DNA of 64,000 bases. Origin: Ophelia neglecta. Lineage: Eukaryota. Position 1 is the first letter of the stretch, and each line of letters begins with the position of its first letter. The stretch covers positions 85,064,001 through 85,128,000 of the forward strand of contig OZ260663.1 of NCBI GenBank assembly GCA_965285935.1. The letters are read 5' to 3'. Positions 23,781 to 36,377 of the stretch are shown in pieces. Made by a program: the position numbers and the translations under genes. The notes below the pieces were generated by a model. It did no database searches. It was given only the letters and a program-made list of their open reading frames with translations, and had not been told where the DNA came from.

Positions 23781-26700
23781 AACGCTATTTGCAGTGATAT
23801 GGAAAGGACCTTTCTCGGTCTTGGATTTAACACCTTGTACCATTCATAATAATTCCTGAGGGCCCAAGGAATTGTTTCTTCGATTTTTTGTCACATCTAA
23901 AAGTTGATTCGTTAAAACAAATTGATAGCGATAAATTGTATATTAAAGTATCAAGTTATGTTACCATGTAAACATAAGGTCTGAATGTCTGGTTGTGGCC
24001 ACGTGGTAAGGCCTCTATATGAACCACCACGCGGTAACCCGGGGCGCAGACGGGGTATGCCGTGAAATCTGAATTAATTATTTATTTTTAAATGCCGGGT
24101 TACCCGTGAAATGGCAATTATTTATGTAATTTTTAGGCATGATATGTGATAAAAAATAGCCTTTTCCTACCGGTGACTATAAACACGCCGTTGGTATTGT
24201 AGATTGCCTTGGTAGTTTAATGGTAAGCCTGTTTCACGGCAATATTGGTTTCTTCTAGGCATAAAATACCCGCGATGTGTATTTTTATTAGTAGGTTTGG
24301 CTTAGGCCGACTCAGTTTGACCGCAGTTGCTTAAAATCGGTATCGCAAATCTCGGTACGAACCGGGTTTTGGGTAAAATCTGAAAATCAGAAGTTGCCAT
24401 GGCAAAATATAAAAAAAAATGACAAATGTACAAGGGCATTCTAATTTTTTGTGGATTTCATTCGGATTAAACGTATGTATACGAATATACTGTCCATTCC
24501 CTCAAATAGGTATTTCCCATGCATTATGAAACACAGCATTTTGAGACACCATTGTCTCTTCCCCACCATGACAAAGGGGGCACACGGGACACGGGTCCTT
24601 CCGTTTGTTACAATATCCATCGACAAAAATGTACACCCTAATTAACGTAATTACTTTTCAAATCATGATGTTCGTTAAACTACTTTTGATAGTTATCTCG
24701 GCGGTATTGATGAGTCTGGAACTGTTTTAGAAGAAAGTGTTTAGTCAAGGAGAATTCGAAACCTGCTTTCATTTTTAAAAAACAAATAAAGACAAAGATA
24801 GAACCATATTTGGCAAATTCGTACATATTTTTTTTTATCTTATGTTTTATTTTTCCTTACATCACGTTTAATTTGATCGCGAATGTCTGAGACCATTGTT
24901 TGCATGTTGGCCTCAGATTAAGGTCTACATGTGTGTATCTATACTTAGCCAGAAGAAGGGCAAAAATGGGTCTGTCTGGCTTCCAAACTCTGAAAACATA
25001 TCTCGGCAAAGTGGGGCTAAGTTACACTACTCCCCATGTTGAAACTTGCCTCATTTATGAGTTTGTACGATTTAGGCCTTAGCTATTATATAAACGAGTG
25101 TCTAGATATCTTTAAAATTTATCAATGTGGTGCATTCTCTTGTACGCAATAACTTCCAATGACTGGAAAAAACCCGATGCTCGCTCATGGTACGCTCTCG
25201 AGACACTTCTCGTGTCACCTGTCACATGTTTTCCCATCGGTGATGCCTTTCTCTGTCTGAATAGGTCATATGGACAATTCATTCACATTAAATGCGGCCC
25301 GATATAGGCCTATTTGTTAATCACCCTATTATAAATAGGCCTACAGCCTGTTCAATCATCTAAAAAGTTATGCCATGGAGCCTAGCTAACAACAGTCAAA
25401 AGAGCTCACCAATTTGTCAGGACACACAGGGCTTTACACGCCTTATCTGTGCAGATACTTCCGGTAGCGTAGACCAATAATCCAAACAGCTAATAACCTC
25501 ACCGACTCATCGGTTCGTGACAAAATGTAACCGACCTTAACTTACCCTAATTGCGATCAACCAAATAAGACACCATTTTGATCAGTCAGAAAAAATCATG
25601 ATACCTCATCGACCCTATTTTTTTAGCAAAATGATATTATTGAAAAGGAAAAATGGGTCCAATTTAAAATATTTGGCAAAATAGTTGCGATTTTTTTTTA
25701 ATATGGCAAAAACAAATGAAAAAAACATCAACCATTTTGAGTGACTCCTCACCGGAGCCCTCCCCGTCCTCAACCAGGTGTATAAATTCTACCGCAATAT
25801 CGGCTGCAAAAATTCCGGGCTGAAAGTTCATGCCTAATAACCGCTTTCCTTGGTGACAGGCTAAACGTGTTTTCAATTACCCCCGCGAGGTGGGGAGGGG
25901 GGGGCGTCAGACACTGCGCAAAGAATGCAATCGGCTCACCCTTGCCCCCCCCCCCCCCCAACGCTGGTGGGGGGGATTCATATTTTCCCACTCCCCGGAA
26001 GGGGATGGTAGGTAAGTTTCCAACCTCGCTCCTCATTTGAGGGGAGAGATGTACAAGCTTTGTTCCTCCGGAACATTGTTAGCGAGAGGCTTCTAACATT
26101 TGAGCATGCAAACCTCATCTGGACAACTTAATGCTTAAATGGTTATCTTCCAAACAGCCATGGTATCGGCTAACATAGGAGCTTTGTGCGCATGCGTCAA
26201 GTGTTCAGTAATGATATGGCAGGCTGATATATATGTGACTGGTGTGTATAACGTAAAAAAAAACACACAGAAAGACAGCAAACTCCTTAAATATTGTACT
26301 TTCCCCTTCCAATTTTACAGGTGGGCAAGAAGGGATTGTGCCACTATGGGGCACTGTCTCGCGGCAGCCCGGAAAGAGTCTACAGAGGGTTAGGGAACCA
26401 CAGCAAGGGAGACTGATTCCAGATACGAATGAAGCTTGCTAGTGCGTGAGTCGGGCGTACACCTAACCCTGAACGCTTCGCCGCCACCGCTGTGTGGCAG
26501 TGACGCGCATTTGCAGTCGGAATGACGTAATATCTCTCAACAATACTTTATGACGTCATCGTAGAAACCAAGATTAAGCGACATTTTCGCCAACAAGTTT
26601 CGCCAACAAGGAAGCGAAATTCTATCTCAAGCACGCTCGACACTTACTATAGTCATCAACGTGATATATATATAAAGATAACATAAAGTTCATTATGAAG

Positions 26701-28748
26701 AGAACTGCAAAGTATACGGCAAAAGGTATGCTTGTATTTTTATCCTTACACGTGTACCCAGGACGTGCGCATAAAATAGATTTATTCTTAATCACTAGAA
26801 ACAGTTTATACCTGAAATGCACGCATACTACCAAGATATTTTGAGCTCTATCTATGATCGTTTGGCTTTTAATATCGTAACTGCTGCGGCTCTTCCTGTT
26901 CTAATATTGAATGTTGAATAGAGCTCTCAACATTTACTCGGGTGGAGGGTTACAGCATGTGCATTTCATACGGCATGTCTCATTCGCATCGATGGGTTTT
27001 TTAGCGCATAGTGTGGGGTCAAATTTGAGCTCTTCTTACATACATTTATGGATATATTTACAAAGAATGTAAATGCAGGACAGATAATTTTCACACCAAA
27101 CTATTTCAACTATTATGTTCATGTACAACGTCCCCAAAATTTCCCACCTATTTAATCAATATCGCTGCCACGAAACAATGTTAGCGTCACAGACGCTATA
27201 GCTCGGATTAATGACGGATGGCACCGAAAACAATTGGACCAGGTCACATGAAAGATCCATTGATGACTGTTATACTACTATCAAACTCAAACGTATGGGA
27301 TTCAGAACTTTTCTGGATTTTATTTTTAATATTTTGGTTAAGAATGGCCCAAAGAGGGAAGTATTTTAGGCGAATGCTTCCCGCATTGATCTAGCACGCT
27401 TTCCGAATCTTTTCCGAGTGCAGGTCGAACTGCCCGTGTGTAAATATCATACCTGGCTCTTTAAAAGTACTATTGGGACCCCGTTGTTTAGGTGATTTAT
27501 CTGAGACATTGTCAGTGTCTAGTGACATTTAAATCTTTATTAAAGACTCATCTATGTAAATAGCATATAATAATATATAATAAAAAGTTTTGCACGAAGC
27601 AAAATAAGGCCTTGTCTATTATAGTAAACTATTTATCCTTATTTAATTATGTTTATTCGGGCTGGTTCCTGGCTGAATGTTAATTTTTTTTTCATCCAAA
27701 TAGCATGTTTTAACTGACATTTTTGTGCCTATGCGTGTTGCAAATGTAATTTCACAAGTTCTTATCATGTGATCTTGGTGCTACCTTTTTAACTAAACGA
27801 CTGTATCTTCTTAATGTACATGTTGATTTTGCTATTGAAATTGTATTTTAGAGTTCCGCTATATATATTATTGTTAATATTTATATGTGTTCTTATGTCT
27901 TGTATATGGAATTTTACTATTTGCATTTTATGTATGTAAAGCGCTTGTGATTGGTGTATCCCAGAATGGGCGCTATAAAAATGATGTACATAATAATAAT
28001 AATATGTCTTAAAGTATGATCAAGAAGTTTTAAATACATTATTAACGATATAAGCATTTTATACATAGTAATATTAGTTGACAAAATAAAAAATATGAAT
28101 TATTGGGTGGATGGCATACATGTGTGTTTACCCACGTCAAGGGTTTCATTATAAAGTAATACCCACTGCGACCAACGTCGAGTGGCACTCAAATATAAAA
28201 TCCGTTTGTAAGGCGTATATATATCGATATATTATATACCCGTTTAATTTTTCTTTCTACAACCTGGAAATGGGCGGAGAAGCGTCGTGACAAGGCAGCG
28301 TGTCCTACAAAAGAGGCGTGATTAATTGAAATTGTTTAAATAAAAATTGAATAATACGACTTCATGATGAATATGATTTTCCTATTTTGATATATTTTAA
28401 TTTTAATTGTTACGTGATCATTTTAATACAATGTATGGACATTTGTACTTGCAACAGTTTATTATGCGCGATCAAATTATAAAAGATGCAATAAACCAGA
28501 GTGATCAAATATGAATGTTGTGAGACTATTCAAAATAAGCCATGTCCCCGCTTTTTTCCACTGACTTTTCCCTTTAATTATACCTTTCCTTTTAATTTCT
28601 TGAATATGTTTAACCACTTAATTATGCAAGCATGCCTCTCTTCGTTTGATCTGGAGATTTATAGCTTTACTATGAAAAATACATGCTTTACATACATTAA
28701 AAATCGGGTTAGCATTTAATTTTATTATAAATATAATCTATTTACCAG

Positions 28749-31509
28749 GATTAGGCACCAAACAAAATGGGCCGAGCAGGCCTGATCCACCAAAGAACAA
28801 GGGATCATCGCAGGAACGACTTTTTCCCAATATAGTAAGGGAATCGAAAGGAACTCCCGCTGTCAAAAGAATAGCAGGACAATCGAATGGCGCCCCAAAG
28901 CCTGACGCCAAGCTAAAACCAATTCGCCCGTCGCCAAAGATCATCGTGGAACGTCCATCAAAAGTAAGGGGATGAATAAGGAATATTCCTAAACTATGGG
29001 TATTGTATATATGGGTTATTCAATCAAAGTTTACAAGGTTTTATCCATTACAAAATGCCATTCAAATGATATTTGATATAGAAAGTAGTACACATATTTA
29101 AGTGATCTATCCAAATGTATACAAATTCCATTATCTGTTATTTACTTCAAGACAATTGGACATGTTTATATTTATATGATACATTACCATATCGTGTGAT
29201 CACTTATTTTTCTAAGTCGCAGATTGATAACGGTGTTGGTTCAGTTTTGTCTGGCCGACTGAGCCGAGTCCCCTCGCCTCCCTCTAGCCTCACGGCTAAA
29301 AGCCGAGTCCCCTCGCCTACCTCTAGCCTCGCGGCTAGGAGCCGAGTCCCCTCGCCTCCCTCTAGCCTGTCAGCTAGGAGCCGAGTGGCGTACTCCTTGT
29401 CCACTCTCTCCTTCACCAGCCGAATGTCGTCAATCCCCTCGGCGTGCTCTGGCCGTACATCCAGGGCAACCGGCAGCTCGTTCACGAATTATACAACGGA
29501 CTTTGAGGATTATTCGGTAATCACTTTATTTCAATCAGGGGAGCCTTATTATGTTTTTGATGGTATCCCGTGAGACGGACTTGATAAATTATGCTCCGCG
29601 AAGGGCAATGGTGAGCTTTGTTGGTGTATTAGCCCTATTTCAGGCGAGGTGGACCACGGAATAATAAATCATGCCTTACATTGAAAGGTGTTTGGTAATC
29701 GCTCAAACTTTAGCAACCCTTCCTGGAAATGTGCCCAAAGCGGCTGACTGATTTTAATTATGATAACTTTTTGTAGATCATTTTATATATTAAGTCGTGT
29801 GGATTGCTTATAACCATAAACAAAAGTGCATGCAAGTTCAGCATAGGTATGAGTTGATGGTTTTTGAGAAAAAAAATTCTGCTTTAGAATCAAGTCTCTT
29901 TTCTTAAAGGACGACGAGATTGAAGAGCAGATAGAGTACTCATCGCCTGTTCTTACTCCGTCCCCCGGAGCCCCAGGCGGAGACAATGACATGCTCTACC
30001 CCGTCATGTCCCATGGCTGGATCAATAGTCGGTTTTCTCCAACGAAATATATGGACACTCAACCTAAATCAAGGTAAATATTGCTTCATTTTACGGCGAT
30101 GCGTTCTACTGTCCAGTCATAAATATATATATGTGTGTTAGTTCACGGGTGATGCCTTGAATACCTCGAAGGATTCACGGAACGGAGAACACCCCACATT
30201 GACCATATTCACAAGCGCTTGAGTCAGATTTTTAATACCTTCCCGTATGTATATTGACTATACTGATATACATGGTCGTAGGTATTAAAAAATAAAGAAA
30301 CTAACTGGAACGCATGTGCTGGTTATGTTTATGTGCGTGATATATTTCAATATTCTATGTTTTAACTTAATGGTTTAAGTTTATTTGATTTTACTGATAC
30401 ACAGCCAGGGAATTAATAAGCCTTATACACCACTATTGTTAAGCTTCTCACTTCTGGCTGATTACTGTAATTTTATATCTAATTTAAATATAATTGAGGT
30501 GAATTAAATTGAAATCCCGAGTGCCGGCTACAGTTTCATATATGTATTGCAGAAAAAAATATTGATCTATACCTCATGAATATAACCAGCTAAAATCATT
30601 TTAAAAATATATGTAATATAGACTCAATATATAGTGAAATGTTATAATAATAATAATATTTGATAATTTTATCGAGTTCTTAATTATCAATTTGTGCAAA
30701 TAGTATGCTCCCTGATAAAGTTGATCTAAATGATACTTTCTAAACTAACTGGTAACTTTATGTTTTAGAACGTTCCTATTTACAAATGAAATTTGGTTCC
30801 AAATGCCCGAAAGCCATTACTTGTGAAAGCCTAAGCAGTCGTCATAGGAGTGTAATATGTAGAGGGTCAGCGTCAGTTTATGAGTTCAAAAGCCACTCAA
30901 TTATAAATATCAAGGCCTTTTCAAACATATTGAATTTATATAAAATATGCATATTTTTCAACAGTTATCTCATGTTTTATCTCATATTTGGATATGACTA
31001 CTTTAATTTAATAGGTATTGTGTCTCCTCCCCCCCCCCCCCCCCTCCTCCCAAATAGAATATTCCATCCCATTCCCCTACCCCACCAATCAAAATTACCA
31101 CTCCCTAAGTTAGAATTCGACATTTCCTTTATCAGATCTCCAGTTTCTAATTGTGCGAGTACTAAGCTCCCTCCAATTACTAGAACTACTACACCTCGAT
31201 TAGATGAGCTCCCTCCAGTTGCTACTTGTAGCCTGACTACAAATGTCGACAATGCGTGAGTTAACATGCGATAATACACTACTGCGTTATCAGTCACCTA
31301 ATTTTCAAACTCTACCTATCTCTGGCGAAAATAGATTATTTTCTATAACAGTTCCTGCTTATTAATGATGCTTTTATCTGCTCTACAGTAAGATGGCTGA
31401 TTTACCCCCTCACGTCGCACCCAAACGGAAGGCTGGCCCTCTACAGCCAACTCCACCCAAAAGCAGGAAGCAAACCACTAAATATGGACGCCGTTACAAG
31501 CCGAAATAA
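28749..31509 (+). CDS. Uncharacterised Ser/Pro-rich, probably disordered protein (start exon unresolved)
   Basis: Five GT-AG exons with mutually consistent phases: 28749-28963, 29223-29516, 29910-30073, 31058-31255, 31389-31509 (ends ..KYGRRYKPK*). Confidence 0.7.
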
Positions 31510-31619
31510 AAAAATCGGCCATTATTAGCAACACATATAGAATGGCGATGATTGAAAAAAATGGCGACGAACAGCGATAAATGGCAACGAGATAAACGAC
31601 GATGAGATGAATGGTAATG

Positions 31620-32320
31620 AACGGTGATGACAGGTGATGTATTGTGATGTATTGTGATGAACAGAGACTTATGGCGAGGAACGGCGATGACAGGTGATGT
31701 ATTGTGTTGATCAGAGACTTATGGCGAGGAACGGTAATGACAGGTGATGTATTGTGTTGATCAGAGACTTATGGCGAGGAACGGTGATGACAGGTGATGT
31801 ATTGTGTTGATCAGAGACATATGGCGAGGAGCGGCGATGACAGGTGATGTATTGTGTTGATCAGAGACTTATGGCGAGGAGCGGCGATGACAGGTGCATG
31901 ATGTATTGTGTTGATCAGAGACTTATGGCGAGGAACGGTGATGACGGGTGATGTATTGTGTTGATCAGAGACTTATGGCGAGGAACGGTGATGACGGGTG
32001 ATGTATTGTGATGATAAGAGGCTTATGGCGACGAACGGCGATGACAGGTGATGTATTGTGAAGATCAGAGACTTATGGCGAGGAACGGCTGTGAAATGAG
32101 ATGTATTGTGATGAACAGAGATTATGCCGATGAACGGTGATGACGGGTGATGTTTTGTGTTGATCAGAGACTTATGGCGAGGAACGGTGATGACGGGTGA
32201 TGTATTGTGACCAAATGCGGTGAATGATGATGAACGGCGACGAACGACGATGAGAAGATTGGTAAGGAACGGTGATAACAGGCGATGTATTGTGATGAAC
32301 AGAGATGATTAGCGACGAAA
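31620..32320. repeat. 50-bp minisatellite (~12-13 copies, degenerate edges)
   Basis: Unit GACAGGTGATGTATTGTGTTGATCAGAGACTTATGGCGAGGAACGGTGAT; CAGGTGATGT recurs at 31691, 31741, 31791 and 31841. Confidence 0.92.
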
Positions 32321-34834
32321 GGCGATGAATAGATATAGGAACGGGGACGAACCAGAATGAACCATTAGGAATCTCAATGGATTGTGGTGAACGATGACGA
32401 ACCACGAGGAATTATCATGAACTATGCTGTATTACAATGTGATAGGTAGGGAGAACTTTTATGAACGTTATTGCATCAGACAGATGTAGACTGTACAGCA
32501 ATATAACATGATATAACTTAATGTTTGCCATCCACTTAATAAAAGTAATACAGTTTATATCCATCTTACAGTTTTAATAGTACAAATAAGAAGAGGAGAG
32601 TAGAAGATTATAAAAATACTGTGCGAGGGTTATACAAGGTTAATGTTTGCAAAAAATAGTTATAAAACAAAAAGTAAATTTCATTAAAATCAATCTAACG
32701 GTAAAAACTGTTGCTACTGGCAACAAACAGTGAAAAATGTGGTTAAAAAATGTAACCAGTTGTTGATAGGGGGAAAAACAATCGGAAGGAGTAAGCAAGG
32801 CTTAAGAGAGTATTAATTCGAATTAATTAATTGCATCATACGATGCCATATATTGCTACTTCCGTTCCTTCAGGCTGCCCTGTTGGCATAATCCTGAGCC
32901 GGGGGAGGAAGGGGGGGGGGGCGGTAACGTCACATACCCTGGCCTCTCGCAGCTATAGTTAACTAGCATTGGCTGCAACAGGAGGCCGGGGCGGTTAAAA
33001 GCGGGAATTTAGTTAAGGAGCGACGATATTGGTTGGGAAGGCATGTTTTTGGATAATGTTTGGGTTGTTACGAACAATTGGTTATGAAATTACTGTTTAG
33101 ATAACTGCAATTGTATCACAAATTTATAGAAATATGGCGTGATTACTCGAGAGAAATACAGAGAAATTACGGAAACTTGTCTTTGAAAACCGGTGGTTGA
33201 ACATTAGCTCGACTGACAGCTACGTGCCAAAACTTAGGGGTTTTCCAAACGGCTTGGGCCGTGCAAGGTAAAACACTAACGGATAGTAAAAGAGAAGACC
33301 GTACCACCCATTCCACATTATAGAAAAATGTCACCTATGTGCAAGTGTCATAAGTCCGCGGCCATTTTGAATGCTAGGAACGGAAATGAATCCTTCTTTT
33401 AATAATAATTTAAAAAAAGTTCGTTTATATGTTAATATATTAATAAAACTTGCCTGCCGTGAGAAATTTCCAGTATTTTGCACGGCTTGTAAGTAGTAGC
33501 AAGGTAGTAGATCAAGTATCTGTTTGCTAAGCTTGATCATTAAAGTAAATAACAATAATAAGCAAGTCGGGTTTCTACGTCAAACACCACTTTCCCTTTA
33601 AATATCATTACTTAGTAACATTCATAAGTTCATTTTATGCGTATAGTTTCTAGTGGCAGCGGTTAGTTAAGACGGAAAAGCCGGGTCATTGTCAAAACTA
33701 ATTGAATGTGTTTTGGAGACACGTGCACGTACGTTAGATGCCGGTCATCTTTTTTTAGCCCACCGGGACGACAAATTATATGGAAATAAGGCCTAGAGAG
33801 TAAAAACATGAGGGCTACATCCCGTTAAATTTACAGTGGCCGGGCCTAGACTTAGTGTACGGGTATGTACGGGCCTACACACACGCTTACACATACGGAC
33901 ACGGAGGTTTTGTACCGCACAAGTGAGTGTTCATTAAATTGTTAGTGAACCGTGTCTGTTATAAAAAAAAACACGATAAGCCGGGCATGATATAATCCAC
34001 TGCAAGGCTAAATAGGCCCCCCAGTGACTAACACCGTTAAGTGGGCATCTGGTGAAGCGACCCCTGTCCATGCCCAAAAACGGCCCGTGCTGTAAAACCT
34101 TTAAAATCCGCCCGCCTCCAACATCGGTGCGCTTTATCAACTAACTGTAGACTAATGCTCCAACCCCCCAAAAATATTGTTCATTTATTTTTATACAAAC
34201 TTAAGCTGCCAATGATTAACTTTCATCGTTTGAAAAGAGAATTGTAAAATAAAATGAATGTTCTGTCAATATTAAGGAAGGGTTAATTATCTTTCACCAG
34301 GGGGAATATATTGCCCCCCCCCCCCCCCTCAGTCTTCTATCGACCACATAAGGTCTGTTCCACCCCACCCCCACCCCTTCCCTTAGGGGTATGGTGGAAT
34401 TTTTTGTCCTTGCTCCCCCACCCCACCCCTTAAAGATTTGCCAAAGAGTCCTGTCCACCTCTGATTTGCCCCCCCCCCCTCCGGCATTAATAATGAACAC
34501 TCTTAATTTCTATTATAAATATTTATAGAATTTTATCATGGTATTTTAGTTTATACTGTACCGTTATTAAATGACAGAAAGTAGCTAGATCAGCAGTCCT
34601 TATACACTGGTCAAAAAGGTATGCATTCAAATAATTTTGGATAGCCATACGTGGCTTAGACTTTTTAAATCTAGCATGCGTATAACACATATCGGCCTGG
34701 GCAGACTGGTTCCATGCAGCATATTTAGCAGATTAAATACTGAACACGCCTCGCTTAGACTGGAGTGTTTAGTTTAAACGGTATCGAGCTTTATGGAACA
34801 GAATAATCGCGACTGTCGTTAGCGAGTTAACTCG

Positions 34835-35120
34835 AAGTTACCCCCCAGTCAAACTGAAGTTACCGGCCCATGTCCAATTGTTACCCCCAAGCCAGACTGA
34901 AGTTACCCCCAATTCAAACTGAAGTTACCCCCAAGTCAAATTGTTACCCCAAGCAAGACTGCAGTTACATCCAAGTCAAACTGAATTTACCCCCAAGTCA
35001 AACTGACGTTACCCCCAAGTCAAACTGTTACCCCCAAGTTAAACTGAAGTTACACTCAAGTTACACTGAACTTTACCCCCCAAGTCAAACTGAAGTTGCC
35101 CCAAGACAAGCTGAACTAGA
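34835..35120. repeat. ~19-22-bp minisatellite
   Basis: Unit approximately TTACCCCCAAGTCAAACTGAAG, about 13 copies. Confidence 0.88.
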
Positions 35121-36280
35121 AATTTCAGTTTACATTTACCTTCATGTTGTATGAAAGGCAACTAATCAAACTGAGAAAAATGTTCAAAACTTTATATCGT
35201 TTAAACTTTTCTCGGTTTAACTTTGTTTTTCCAAACTTGGAAAATGCGCGGAGAAGCTTTACAACAAGGCAGAGGGGTACATAGAAGACGTTATCAGATT
35301 GATTTATTTTTGAAATTGTTAAAGTAAGTTTGAATAATACGATTGCATGAGGAATATGATTGGTCTGGTCTTTCTATTTTGAAAAGCAATAATTGAATCA
35401 AGTGTAAAGAATTGTTCTAATTAATAAAAAGATAAATACAGAACACAAAGGTTGTGAACATGAAAATAAACTTCTTGTCAGGACTGTTTCTTTCCACACT
35501 GTGGAGGTCGTGGAACCTGAACCTGTTGACTAACGGGACTTGAATGATGATATATTAATTATGTCGATGCAATTTATTTAGTACAGTATATATGTGCATT
35601 TGTACTGGCAGCAGTTTATCATGTGGCATTAAAACAAGTACATGTAATGTAAATAGATAAATGAAACAGAGTCAACGAATAGCGCAAGGATGTTGTGTGA
35701 TTAATTAGAATTATTTAAGGAATATGCCTACACGAAGGGAAGTGTGTATATAATCAGGTCAAGATAAAAATAAAATGACATCAAATAACTTTTATATGAT
35801 TTTCCATTAGTGAACAATAAATTCAATGCCCCTAACTTGTACTGTTTAGGATCTAGACTCACAATAAAAATAACTACAGTCCCGATTGACCTGAAAATAA
35901 GACTCGAGGTCAAATTCAAAGTCGTCACTGGATTCCTTGATATGACTTACCTAGTGTTCAATACATTTGACCTGCATATTTTGAACCGTTAAGGCATCAG
36001 GGCATTACAGATTAACCAGTTAACTGTTATGTTTGGAAATGTGTTAACCTCGTCATTACATCTAATTAGGTCAAATTAATTCAACTTATGTAGTCCATAA
36101 TTAGGCTCGGAGTATTTAGGGCACTTAATTTACCTCAAAATTATGACCTTGGAGCGGAATTTCCTCATAATGGAAGTGTCCTAGAGCAGTATATTAAATA
36201 AGAGCATTGTTAATATTCTTTCAAACTTCTAACCGAGTTGCCATACATTAAGTACTACTTAAATGTACAATAAATACAAC

Positions 36281-36320
36281 TTGCCACCTAGCGGACAAAG
36301 CGCGGTCCTGCGGAAGTAGA
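36281..36320. promoter_or_regulatory. RPF1 proximal promoter motifs (CTCF-like and ETS-like)
   Basis: The reverse complement of 36281-36296 is GTCCGCTAGGTGGCAA (CTCF-like); CGGAAGT lies at about 36312; both are within 100 bp of the ATG. Motif match only. Confidence 0.35.
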
Positions 36321-36377
36321 AAAGAAGGAGTTTTGGGAAACACATTTCGCGGCAGTTGAAGCAGAAAAATATCGACA

